From NCBI RefSeq assembly GCF_025345565.1, contig NZ_CP054475.1, positions 67,845 through 131,844 on the forward strand: a DNA stretch of 64,000 nucleotides, given 5' to 3'. Each line of letters starts with the position of its first letter. Positions within the stretch are counted from its first letter, which is position 1. The notes under the pieces were generated by a model that did not search any database, was not told the DNA's origin, and worked only from the letters and a program-made list of their open reading frames with translations. Below are positions 8,792 to 17,090 of the stretch, piece by piece. Origin of the DNA: Thalassolituus hydrocarboniclasticus. Its GTDB lineage: Bacteria; Pseudomonadota; Gammaproteobacteria; Pseudomonadales; Oceanobacteraceae. The translations under genes and the position numbers were made by a program.

Positions 8792-10498
8792 TTATCCCTG
8801 CAAATGACCAATGGCCTGATACAGCGCCAGTGGTTTCTGACTTTGCTGCTGTTGCTCGCGCATCTGTTTTAATTCTTCAATGGTGGCGCGCAGGGCTTTC
8901 AGTTTGTTGTCCATATCTTTGCTGCCGGCACCGACTTCGTCGCGCAGGTTAAGCGGGGTGGCCTGCACCGGGTCGGGAATATCGACATACACATGGGCAT
9001 CTTTACCACTGGGTTTGCGCTGCTCTTCACTGTGGTAGCGGTTAATGGCATCGGCGGCCCACTGGCGCATATTCATGCGGCGCGGCTGCATATCATCGTA
9101 AAGGGGCGCATTCGGGCGGGGTGCATGACCCTGAATGGCGTTGTTGCCGGTGTTGTTGCCGGCGTTGCCGTTGTTATTACTGTGGGTGTTGTTGCTGTGG
9201 GTGTTGTTGCTGTGGGTGTTGTTGCTGAGGGTGTTGTTGCTGAGGGTGTTGTCGTGAGTGCCGTTACTGGCATGATGACCAGCGGCGGCTGTTCCCGGCA
9301 GGGGGCCTGCGGCCACCAGTTGTGCATCCTGATCGGGTTCAAAGTGCAGCTGTACCCGCGTCTGTTCATCGCGGCGGTTCAGCAGTTCGTTATCGAACTG
9401 AAAAAAACTCAGCGGCGACTGCAGATTAACTGTGCCCTGTTCGCTGCTCAGGGCGAGGTTGCCGCGGCTAATGGCGTATTGCGGCAGCTCAGGCGGAGTA
9501 TTCAGATGCACTTCCTGCAGCAACAGCGCTTCGCCATTTTCATTCAGCGCAACACCGGAGCGGGCAATCACTCCGCGCACCTGGCCCGCGTCGTTTTTCA
9601 GCTCGTAATCGGACGCGGCAGAACCAAGAAAAAATGCGCCTAAACCGGCTTCCGCGGCGGAGCGCAGGGTTGGCCCTTCGTCATCAAATTCCATCAGGCT
9701 GAGCTGGCTGAAGATGGCATCGTTTTCGTCAATCCAGCCGTTGCCGTCGTCATCGTACTGCGCCAGATCGGCAAAGCCGTTGCCACTCTGCGGGCCGAAC
9801 ATTTCGCTGCCGTCATCAATAATGCCGTTGTTGTTTTTATCGAATACCAGATAACCGCTGCCGGCGGCGGTACGGGCGATGTTCTCATTCTGGCCATCGG
9901 CGTTCAGGTCAAAACTGAAGCTCTGGTCGGAAAGCTCGACCGCACCGCCGTTCAGATTAATCATTAACGGATCGATCAGGTTGAGCTGACCCTGAAACAG
10001 GTTGGTCTGCTCGGCGCGGGTATAACGGCTGAAATCCAGCGCCAGCATAAAATCAATCTGACGGCCGTCTTCGGTCTGTACCTGACCCAGCGCTTCAAAG
10101 ACCAGCGACTCTTCGCGTTCAACCTGCAATACGCTCTGTACCTCGACCTGTATGCCAAGGCCAGCGCTGCCCGGCCGGGCATTCACAGCACTGACGACGA
10201 CATTCAGCTGGGTGGTCTGCTCGGTCAGCTGTTGTGCCAGGTAGGCTGAAGACGATTGCTGCTGACGGCCATCGGCATGGGTCACACTGCTGCTGCGACT
10301 CACTGCCTGGCTGCTTTCGGTACGGGTGCTCAGCGACAGCTGAATGCCGGCACTGGCACTGCTGCCGCTGGCGGGATTGCTGCCGTCATGCTCGCCATCA
10401 CCTGCCGGAACACTCACCGACATGCCCGTAAGGCGTGCGCTTAATAACAGATCTTTTTGCTGAGCACTGAGCTGAACCTGCGACTGAACAATCTTCAT
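8792..10498 (-). CDS. Hypothetical Ca-binding protein with three EF-hand-like loops and a pentapeptide tandem repeat (SNNT[HL])n
   Basis: Loops: FDLNADGQNENI, DKNNNGIIDDGS and DDDGNGWIDEND (Dx[DN]x[DN]GxID). No signal peptide. An internal low-complexity repeat is encoded by the 15-bp DNA tandem repeat. Confidence 0.55.
   Translation of the reverse strand: MKIVQSQVQLSAQQKDLLLSARLTGMSVSVPAGDGEHDGSNPASGSSASAGIQLSLSTRTESSQAVSRSSSVTHADGRQQQSSSAYLAQQLTEQTTQLNVVVSAVNARPGSAGLGIQVEVQSVLQVEREESLVFEALGQVQTEDGRQIDFMLALDFSRYTRAEQTNLFQGQLNLIDPLMINLNGGAVELSDQSFSFDLNADGQNENIARTAAGSGYLVFDKNNNGIIDDGSEMFGPQSGNGFADLAQYDDDGNGWIDENDAIFSQLSLMEFDDEGPTLRSAAEAGLGAFFLGSAASDYELKNDAGQVRGVIARSGVALNENGEALLLQEVHLNTPPELPQYAISRGNLALSSEQGTVNLQSPLSFFQFDNELLNRRDEQTRVQLHFEPDQDAQLVAAGPLPGTAAAGHHASNGTHDNTLSNNTLSNNTHSNNTHSNNTHSNNNGNAGNNTGNNAIQGHAPRPNAPLYDDMQPRRMNMRQWAADAINRYHSEEQRKPSGKDAHVYVDIPDPVQATPLNLRDEVGAGSKDMDNKLKALRATIEELKQMREQQQQSQKPLALYQAIGHLQG
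9140..9262. repeat. 15-bp tandem repeat (ggtgttgttgctgtg-like, about 6 copies plus degenerate 12-bp flanking copies) inside the 8792..10498 CDS
   Basis: Read directly: gttgttgctgtgggt repeated. Translates on the minus strand to an SNNTH/SNNTL pentapeptide array. Confidence 0.8.
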
Positions 10499-10707
10499 GG
10501 CCGTTTCCTTTTGGCGGGTTATGCACAGGATTTCGGCCGTGCTGTTGATAACATTAAGATGATTAACGTATTGATAAATAGCTGTTCATGAATTGTTGTT
10601 CTATAGCATATGGCTGCTGAAAATCTGCAGATTTCTAATGAAAACTTGGCTTGATCAGAGCTCATCGTTATTATCGTGAAAACAATAAATAACTAATGGA
10701 ATAGATT

Positions 10708-11562
10708 GTGAAATACCTCTCCCTTGCTATCGTCTCTGTCTCATTACTGACCGCTTGTGGTGGCGCGGGTGATAGTTCTGATTCTTCCGGCGTAGAGCGC
10801 TTTAATCCGGCACCTTATATTGCAGCTTCAGAACAATTGAACGGTAGTGGTTACGCCGGAAGTTGGGTCGGTGTTGTGAATATTCGCCAGGAACGCACAG
10901 AAATGGTGAACGTCGAGATCAGTAATATTGCTGAATCAAGTCGTCTTGAAACCCTGATTATCCGTAACAGAAGCGCGGAGGCAGGTGGTGGTTGGGAAAT
11001 GGCGAACTGCAATGGTGGTTTTGACCCTATGAATATCACCATTGGTAAGATTGTGACCGAACGCGAAAAAGCCGGACGCGAATTCTTAATTGAGACAACC
11101 CGTCACCTGACTTATAAAGCCAGTGGGTCCAGAACGGTGAGGTTTAGCTCCGCTTCCTACTATAAGGAAAACGTTACGATTGAACTGGATTTTTATAAAG
11201 TCAGTGATCGTACCGACAGCGTTGGCTCTGTTTCGCTTAACTGGTCAGATACCGAAGGTGACAGTACCTCTGCTATTCACTGTGCTTTTATTGAAAACAA
11301 AACCGGAGGGTATCGTACGGTGGCCCTGAGTCATGAAAACGATCTGCAACTTTATGTGGCCGAAGCCGTAATACCACCTTATCTGGAAGCCTATGTCGGA
11401 CAGAATGGCCATGCCGGTGAAATTGTTAACAGTTTTACTCTGGGTGAACAGAGCGTTCAGTTCTCGCAAGAAGGCCCGGATGTCTGGCGTTATAACTACT
11501 CCGTGACTGCCAGTAATGGATTGGGTGCTTCCGGTCAGGTCGTGCTTGATCTGCTGCCCTGA
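10708..11562 (+). CDS. Hypothetical lipoprotein (lower GC than flanks)
   Basis: Lipobox LLTAC followed by a G/S/D-rich linker. Terminator hairpin at 11575-11608. Confidence 0.6.
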   Translation: MKYLSLAIVSVSLLTACGGAGDSSDSSGVERFNPAPYIAASEQLNGSGYAGSWVGVVNIRQERTEMVNVEISNIAESSRLETLIIRNRSAEAGGGWEMANCNGGFDPMNITIGKIVTEREKAGREFLIETTRHLTYKASGSRTVRFSSASYYKENVTIELDFYKVSDRTDSVGSVSLNWSDTEGDSTSAIHCAFIENKTGGYRTVALSHENDLQLYVAEAVIPPYLEAYVGQNGHAGEIVNSFTLGEQSVQFSQEGPDVWRYNYSVTASNGLGASGQVVLDLLP

Positions 11563-11675
11563 TATCTTGCTGCATCAAAAACCAGCGGAATTGTCCGCTG
11601 GTTTTTCCCATCTTATTTCTTTCCTGCTTAAGTTTTTCTGTACCATGATGACGGTATTAAGTAACCGGAGTCGTC

Positions 11676-12086
11676 ATGAACATTGGTGAAGCGGCCGCGC
11701 AGGCCGGTGTATCGGCAAAGATGATCCGCCACTATGAAAGCAGTGGGCTGCTGCCTGAGGTAGCGCGTACTGCGGCGGGTTATCGCCAGTATTCTGCACA
11801 GGATGTGGAAATGCTGAGGTTTATCCGCCGTTCACGGCTGCTGGGGTTTTCACTGCCGCAAATCGGTGAGCTGCTGACGCTATGGGCCGATCCGCAGCGC
11901 TCTGCGCGTGAGGTTAAGGCACTGGCCGGGCAGCATCTGCAGGAAGTGGAACATAAAATTCAGGAGCTGCATGCCATGCGCAGCACCTTGCAGGATATGG
12001 TGGCCGCCTGTTCCGGCGATGATCAGTCGCACTGCGCGATTCTCGACAGGCTGGCGGCAGATGATGCGGGTGGGTCCGCCGGCTGA
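11676..12086 (+). CDS. cueR: Cu(I)-responsive MerR-family transcriptional regulator CueR
   Basis: MerR HTH N-terminus (MNIGEAAxxxGVSAKMIRHYE). C-terminal metal-binding loop CSGDDQSHCAI with two Cys. copA is downstream. Confidence 0.85.
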   Translation: MNIGEAAAQAGVSAKMIRHYESSGLLPEVARTAAGYRQYSAQDVEMLRFIRRSRLLGFSLPQIGELLTLWADPQRSAREVKALAGQHLQEVEHKIQELHAMRSTLQDMVAACSGDDQSHCAILDRLAADDAGGSAG

Positions 12087-12259
12087 ACCCCGTGCCGGCA
12101 GGTTATTTCATGCCGGCTTTTCTTATAAAAGTGCCACGGCTTAACGCGATAAGGTATCAGCTTCAATCTTTTGCAGGATAGAAGGCACGCCGCTTTTGAC
12201 TTCACAATTCTTCTTTGAATTACGGCAGGGCCTATGCCCGTGTTGCTCAGGGAGAAAAT

Positions 12260-14152
12260 ATGAAGGCAAAAATCATTGTCGCCGCGATAGCGCTGACAGC
12301 GGCAGCTCAGGGGCATGCAAACTCCTATACCTATTATCATGCAGAAGATGGCAGCGTAACCGTCGAGCGCGATATAAAAATTTATTCCGCTGGTACCCAG
12401 GCAATATCCGCCTGTATTGCTTTACCCGTAACATGGGATAACGAACTTAATACACTCGCATCCGGCACAGCGAGTGAGGCTATTTTTTCTGAGTCATTAA
12501 GCGTCGATACCGATGCCACTGCGGCAATGAACAATAACTGGAGTTATAGCGGTTTTGACTGGACATGCTTCAGCGATACCGAGCGCACGTATATTGCAAA
12601 CGAAGCAGCAAATATCAGTTTTACATTCAGTCCGGACGTTGCTGATATGCAGGTTTTTACCACGCTGGGTTTCAATGACAGCGATTACCTTGGTATGCCT
12701 TATCCAAGGCAAATCAGCACACACCGTTTGCTGCAGGATGCTTATGTGGCAGACCACTGGATGCCGCTGGAAGATTTGCCGGAGAACGCCACGTATTCTG
12801 AACCTGTGCTGGTCGGAGACGCGTATTACTTTTTACGCCGGGAGCCTGATGCGGAGTCTTCTGCTGCAGCGATATTGCGTATGGATGAAAACGGCATCAC
12901 CCCGATTACCGATGCACCCTATACCCATGAACTCTATTACCTGAACGGTAAATATATCTCGCTTACTCAGGCCGAAGAGGGCAGTCCTGAACAGGGAACG
13001 GTATACATCAGCTATTCCACGGATCTGCAAACCTGGCAGGCTGGTGCAAACATCGTGTTATCCGGGGATATGGAACTGACCGGTCTTTATCATAATGCCG
13101 TCACCGGCGAATATCTGGCCGTCAGTGGTGATTTCAGTACCAGCGATTTTTATTCATCGTCAGATTTTCAGAGCTGGTCTTACAGCGGAGCTGGTCCTGA
13201 AGATTTTTATGCCAGATATGTTTCATTTGCCAATGGCAACATGCTGTATATGGCCGATGGTGAACTTTATGACACCGAGTTTTTTATTAAAGCCGTCGGT
13301 GAGGCAAGCTGGACGGAAATAGCCCCTTTCCCGGTGGATACTCCGCCAACAGGCGAAACCGCAGGATTTTTATTGTATGAATATCATCAGAGCAGCAACG
13401 GAAGACTGCATGTCGCAGGCCTGTATGGTTATAGCGGTGAGTATGATTACTACTGGGACGAAGTGATTTATGGTTATACCGACAATGGCGTGGACTGGAC
13501 ATGGAAAACGGTTCCGGGAGAGTGGTTGGACACCTACGAAGAAGTTGGTGAAGTGCTGATCAATGATTCTGTGCTGTTGGTTTCTTCAATTGAGACTCAG
13601 GAATTTTATCTGTCGCGCGATGGTGGGGAAAACTGGAGCACTGTAAGCAGTAGTTTATTGTTTGATGGTGACTGGAATATGCCAGAGGGTGTTGTGATCG
13701 AACCGGAATATATCAGCGTTGCCGGAGACAGGTTCTATATCAGGTTTTCATTCCTTATTCCTTCGGGCTTATCTTCAGGTTCCTTCTATATTCTGGGCTA
13801 CGCCGATGTATCAACTACCGACTTTGCCAGCTTCCGGCTGGAAGGACTGGACAGCAGAGATACGCGTTTTATGGCGCTGGCCGGTAATAATAGCTTCCGT
13901 GAGCAGGGTGGCCTGTCGTGGAGAGATGGGAACAAATATTATCGTTATGGTGTCGCGACCATTGATAGCGGAGAGCCGGAAACTCCAGAAGTGCCGACTG
14001 AAAATCCATCAGGCGGCAGCTCATCGGGTGGTTCGTCCGGCGGCAGTTTCTGGTGGCTGAATCTGCTGCTGTTACCTTTAGTGTTTACGTCACTGTTGTC
14101 GGGGCAGTTGCGGGGCAAGCAGCAGCGCGCTGAAGGTCACCGGCTGCACTGA
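12260..14152 (+). CDS. Secreted BNR/Asp-box beta-propeller protein (sialidase-like fold) with a GlyGly-CTERM-like C-terminal sorting tail. The start is reassigned to ATG 12260, which carries a signal peptide.
   Basis: RBS ggagaaaatATG. Signal peptide MKAKIIVAAIALTAAAQGHA. Asp-box motifs SRDGGENWS and TDNGVDWTW. W/Y-rich. C-terminus GGSSSGGSSGGSFWWLNLLLLPLVFTSLLSGQLRGKQQR (Gly-Ser linker, then a hydrophobic helix, then a basic patch). GC is lower than in cueR/copA. Confidence 0.6.
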   Translation: MKAKIIVAAIALTAAAQGHANSYTYYHAEDGSVTVERDIKIYSAGTQAISACIALPVTWDNELNTLASGTASEAIFSESLSVDTDATAAMNNNWSYSGFDWTCFSDTERTYIANEAANISFTFSPDVADMQVFTTLGFNDSDYLGMPYPRQISTHRLLQDAYVADHWMPLEDLPENATYSEPVLVGDAYYFLRREPDAESSAAAILRMDENGITPITDAPYTHELYYLNGKYISLTQAEEGSPEQGTVYISYSTDLQTWQAGANIVLSGDMELTGLYHNAVTGEYLAVSGDFSTSDFYSSSDFQSWSYSGAGPEDFYARYVSFANGNMLYMADGELYDTEFFIKAVGEASWTEIAPFPVDTPPTGETAGFLLYEYHQSSNGRLHVAGLYGYSGEYDYYWDEVIYGYTDNGVDWTWKTVPGEWLDTYEEVGEVLINDSVLLVSSIETQEFYLSRDGGENWSTVSSSLLFDGDWNMPEGVVIEPEYISVAGDRFYIRFSFLIPSGLSSGSFYILGYADVSTTDFASFRLEGLDSRDTRFMALAGNNSFREQGGLSWRDGNKYYRYGVATIDSGEPETPEVPTENPSGGSSSGGSSGGSFWWLNLLLLPLVFTSLLSGQLRGKQQRAEGHRLH

Positions 14153-14164
14153 ACAGTGAACGAA

Positions 14165-14196
14165 TAAAAAAGCAGACTTCGGTCTGCTTTTTTATA
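14165..14196 (+). terminator. Rho-independent terminator after the BNR gene
   Basis: aaaaaagcagacttcggtctgcttttttat (GC hairpin plus T-run). Confidence 0.7.
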
Positions 14197-14223
14197 GCTG
14201 CTCTTCCGTGTCGGTAGCGCAGC

Positions 14224-14254
14224 TTGACCTTACCGCCATGGTAAGGTTCACAAT
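14224..14254 (+). promoter_or_regulatory. CueR-type operator/promoter of copA. TTGACC -35, a 19-bp spacer containing the perfect dyad ACCTTACCgccatGGTAAGGT, then TCACAAT -10.
   Basis: Read directly. It matches the MerR-family architecture and the E. coli copA operator (ACCTTCC…GGAAGGT). It is located about 35 bp upstream of the copA ATG. Confidence 0.65.
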
Positions 14255-14285
14255 GCAGTCATTGCTTCCCTGACAGGACAGAACG

Positions 14286-16784
14286 ATGACTCAATCTACT
14301 TCTATTCCCATCCCTGATGATTCTGCTGCCGTGCTGCAATTGCCGGTGATCGGCATGAGCTGCGCCTCCTGTGTGCGCCGTGTCGAACAGGCCTTACTGG
14401 CGACGCCGGGTGTCAGCGCCGCCAGTGTCAATCTGGCCAGTGAAAAAGCCGAAGTGACTCTGGCAGCCGATGGGCAAATACAGGCGCTGCTGCAAACCGT
14501 TAAAAACTGCGGCTATGAAACCCGCACTGAGCAGTATCAGCTGTCGGTGATCGGTATGAGCTGCGCATCCTGTGTCGGTAAAGTAGAAAAAGCCCTGCTC
14601 GGTTTGCCCGGTGTGCTCAGCGCGCAGGTGAATCTGGCTGCAGAAACCGCCACGGTGGAAGTACTGGCCGGTAATCTGGATGCGGCAGCGCTAATCAAAG
14701 CAGTCCGCAGCACAGGTTACGATGCCGCACCTCTGGCGGCCGAGCGTGATGATGACAACGCCCGGCGCGAACAGGAACAGCAGCAGTTACAGCGTGATTT
14801 CTGGCTGGCCGCCGGGCTGACATTGCCGGTGTTTGTGTTGGAAATGGGCGCACACATTATACCGGGCATGCAGCAGTGGCTGGCAGAGACTCTGGGCCAG
14901 TCAATGAACTGGGGCATCCAGTTAGTGCTGACCACGCTGGTGTTGTTTGGCCCCGGCCGGCGTTTTCTCAGTAAGGGTCTGCCGGCGTTATGGCGTCGCG
15001 CACCGGATATGAACTCGCTGGTGGCGCTGGGCAGTTTGTCAGCCTGGGGCTTTTCGCTGGTGGCGACCTTTGCCGGACAGTGGCTGCCGCAAGGTACGCG
15101 CCATGTGTATTTTGAGGCGGCGGCGGTGATCGTTACCCTGATTCTGCTGGGGCGCTTACTCGAAGCGCGCGCCAAAGGCCGTACCGGCGAAGCTATTCAG
15201 CACCTGCTGGGTCTGCAGGTAAAAACTGCACGGGTCAAACGCGGAACAGAGCTGGTGGATGTTGAACTGGCGGATATTCAGGTGGGTGATGTGCTGGTGG
15301 TGCGTCCCGGTGAACGTATTGCCACCGATGGCGAGGTGCTGGAAGGCGAATCCTATGTCGATGAATCCATGCTCACTGGTGAGCCGTTACCAGTGGCGAA
15401 AGCTCCCGGAGATGAAGTCGTAGGCGGCACGGTGAATAAAAATGGCGCGCTGACGTTCCGCGCGGCAAAAGTGGGTGGCGATACATTGTTGTCACAGATT
15501 ATCCGCATGGTGGAGCAGGCGCAGGGCGCGAAGCTGCCGATTCAGGCACTGGTCGATAAAGTCACCGCCATCTTTGTACCGCTGGTGATGGCCATTGCCG
15601 CACTGACCTTTGTGGTCTGGCTGCTGTTCGGCCCGCAACCGGCGCTGAGTTTTGCCCTGATTAATGCCGTTGCCGTGCTGATTATTGCCTGCCCCTGCGC
15701 CATGGGGCTGGCGACGCCAACCTCCATCATGGTCGGCACCGGGCGGGCTGCGGCACTGGGTATTCTGTTCCGCCGTGGCGATGCGCTGCAGAGCCTGCGT
15801 GACAGCAAAATCGTTGCGCTGGATAAAACCGGTACGTTAACCAAAGGCCAGCCGGAGCTGACCAATTTGATCTGTCAGCCGGGTTTTGAAGAAGACAGTC
15901 TGCTGGCATTAGTCGCCGCCGCCGAACAGCATTCTGAACATCCGCTGGCCGAAGCTATTGTACGCGCCGCCAGAGAGCGTTCGCTGACACTGAGTGAGCC
16001 GCAGGAATTCAGCGCGCTTCCCGGTCTGGGTATCCGTGCGCTGGTCGATGGCAAGCGTGTTGAAATAGGCGCCGACCGCTTTATGCAGCAGCTCGGGCTG
16101 GATTTAATGAGCGCAGAATTACGGCCTCTAGCGGCGCAGAGTGCGGCGCTGGCCGCGGCGGGTAAGAGCCCGTTGTACGCTGCCATCGACGGGCAATTAG
16201 CGGCAGTCATTGCGGTGGCTGATCCTGTTAAAGACACCACCCCCGCGGCGATTAATGCTCTGCATGATTTGGGCTTAAAAGTGGCGATGATTACCGGCGA
16301 TAACGAACGCACCGCGCAGGCGATTGCTGCTCAGCTCGGTATCGATGAAGTGGTTGCCGGTGTAATGCCGGAAGGCAAAGTAGAAGCGCTGAAAACGTTG
16401 CGCGCCCGTTACGGTGCACTGGCTTTTGTCGGTGACGGTATTAACGATGCGCCGGCACTGGCCGAAGCAGATGTTGGCTTAGCCATTGGCACGGGTACCG
16501 ATATCGCCATTGAAGCGGCCGATGTGGTGCTGATGAACGGCGATTTGCGGGCGGTGCCGAATGCACTGGCCATCAGTCAGGCGACACTGCGTAATATCCG
16601 CCAGAACCTGTTCTGGGCATTTGCCTATAACGCCCTGCTGATTCCACTGGCAGCCGGTGCGTTGTATCCGGCTTATGGTGTGCTGCTGTCGCCGATGCTG
16701 GCGGCGGGGGCAATGGCGATGTCGAGCGTATTTGTGCTGAGTAATGCGCTGCGGCTGAAGCGTTTTAAAGCGGTGCTTGGCTGA
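14286..16784 (+). CDS. copA: Cu(I)-translocating P1B-type ATPase CopA with two N-terminal HMA domains
   Basis: Two GMSCASC motifs. CPC transmembrane metal site ([15 protein letters not shown]). DKTGTLT phosphorylation motif. [10 protein letters not shown] hinge. Confidence 0.92.
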   Translation: MTQSTSIPIPDDSAAVLQLPVIGMSCASCVRRVEQALLATPGVSAASVNLASEKAEVTLAADGQIQALLQTVKNCGYETRTEQYQLSVIGMSCASCVGKVEKALLGLPGVLSAQVNLAAETATVEVLAGNLDAAALIKAVRSTGYDAAPLAAERDDDNARREQEQQQLQRDFWLAAGLTLPVFVLEMGAHIIPGMQQWLAETLGQSMNWGIQLVLTTLVLFGPGRRFLSKGLPALWRRAPDMNSLVALGSLSAWGFSLVATFAGQWLPQGTRHVYFEAAAVIVTLILLGRLLEARAKGRTGEAIQHLLGLQVKTARVKRGTELVDVELADIQVGDVLVVRPGERIATDGEVLEGESYVDESMLTGEPLPVAKAPGDEVVGGTVNKNGALTFRAAKVGGDTLLSQIIRMVEQAQGAKLPIQALVDKVTAIFVPLVMAIAALTFVVWLLFGPQPALSFALINAVAVLIIACPCAMGLATPTSIMVGTGRAAALGILFRRGDALQSLRDSKIVALDKTGTLTKGQPELTNLICQPGFEEDSLLALVAAAEQHSEHPLAEAIVRAARERSLTLSEPQEFSALPGLGIRALVDGKRVEIGADRFMQQLGLDLMSAELRPLAAQSAALAAAGKSPLYAAIDGQLAAVIAVADPVKDTTPAAINALHDLGLKVAMITGDNERTAQAIAAQLGIDEVVAGVMPEGKVEALKTLRARYGALAFVGDGINDAPALAEADVGLAIGTGTDIAIEAADVVLMNGDLRAVPNALAISQATLRNIRQNLFWAFAYNALLIPLAAGALYPAYGVLLSPMLAAGAMAMSSVFVLSNALRLKRFKAVLG

Positions 16785-17090
16785 AGAGTCTTTGTGGTTA
16801 AAACGCAGGCGGAGCATTACTCCGCTTGCTCAGTTTCTTTTCTTAATCCCCACTTTTTCTTAGCGGATACTGTCCGCCTTATATTTCTGCGCGGTGATCA
16901 GTATCGGTACGGCAGAGCGCTTTTTGCGCTTATCACTGTGAAATCTACTCTTTTGGGTAATGCTCCCGGCATCTTTGATCCGTATCGTTATTTGCTGGGC
17001 TGACATTTTTTTTGGATCAGGCGTTATGAATTTTATGGCCTGAGCAAGCAGATATCACCCTATCGAATATTCGTCGAAAAGGGGTTTGTA

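Noticed and set aside
9140-9262. Considered whether the 15-bp tandem repeat could be a CRISPR-like array
   Set aside because: Units are contiguous with no spacers. They lie inside an open reading frame and encode a pentapeptide repeat.
14717-16312. Minus-strand ORFs 14717..15175, 15542..15865 and 15875..16312 inside copA
   Set aside because: Embedded antisense frames of a high-confidence P-type ATPase gene. Ser/Ala/Arg-rich composition is artefactual.
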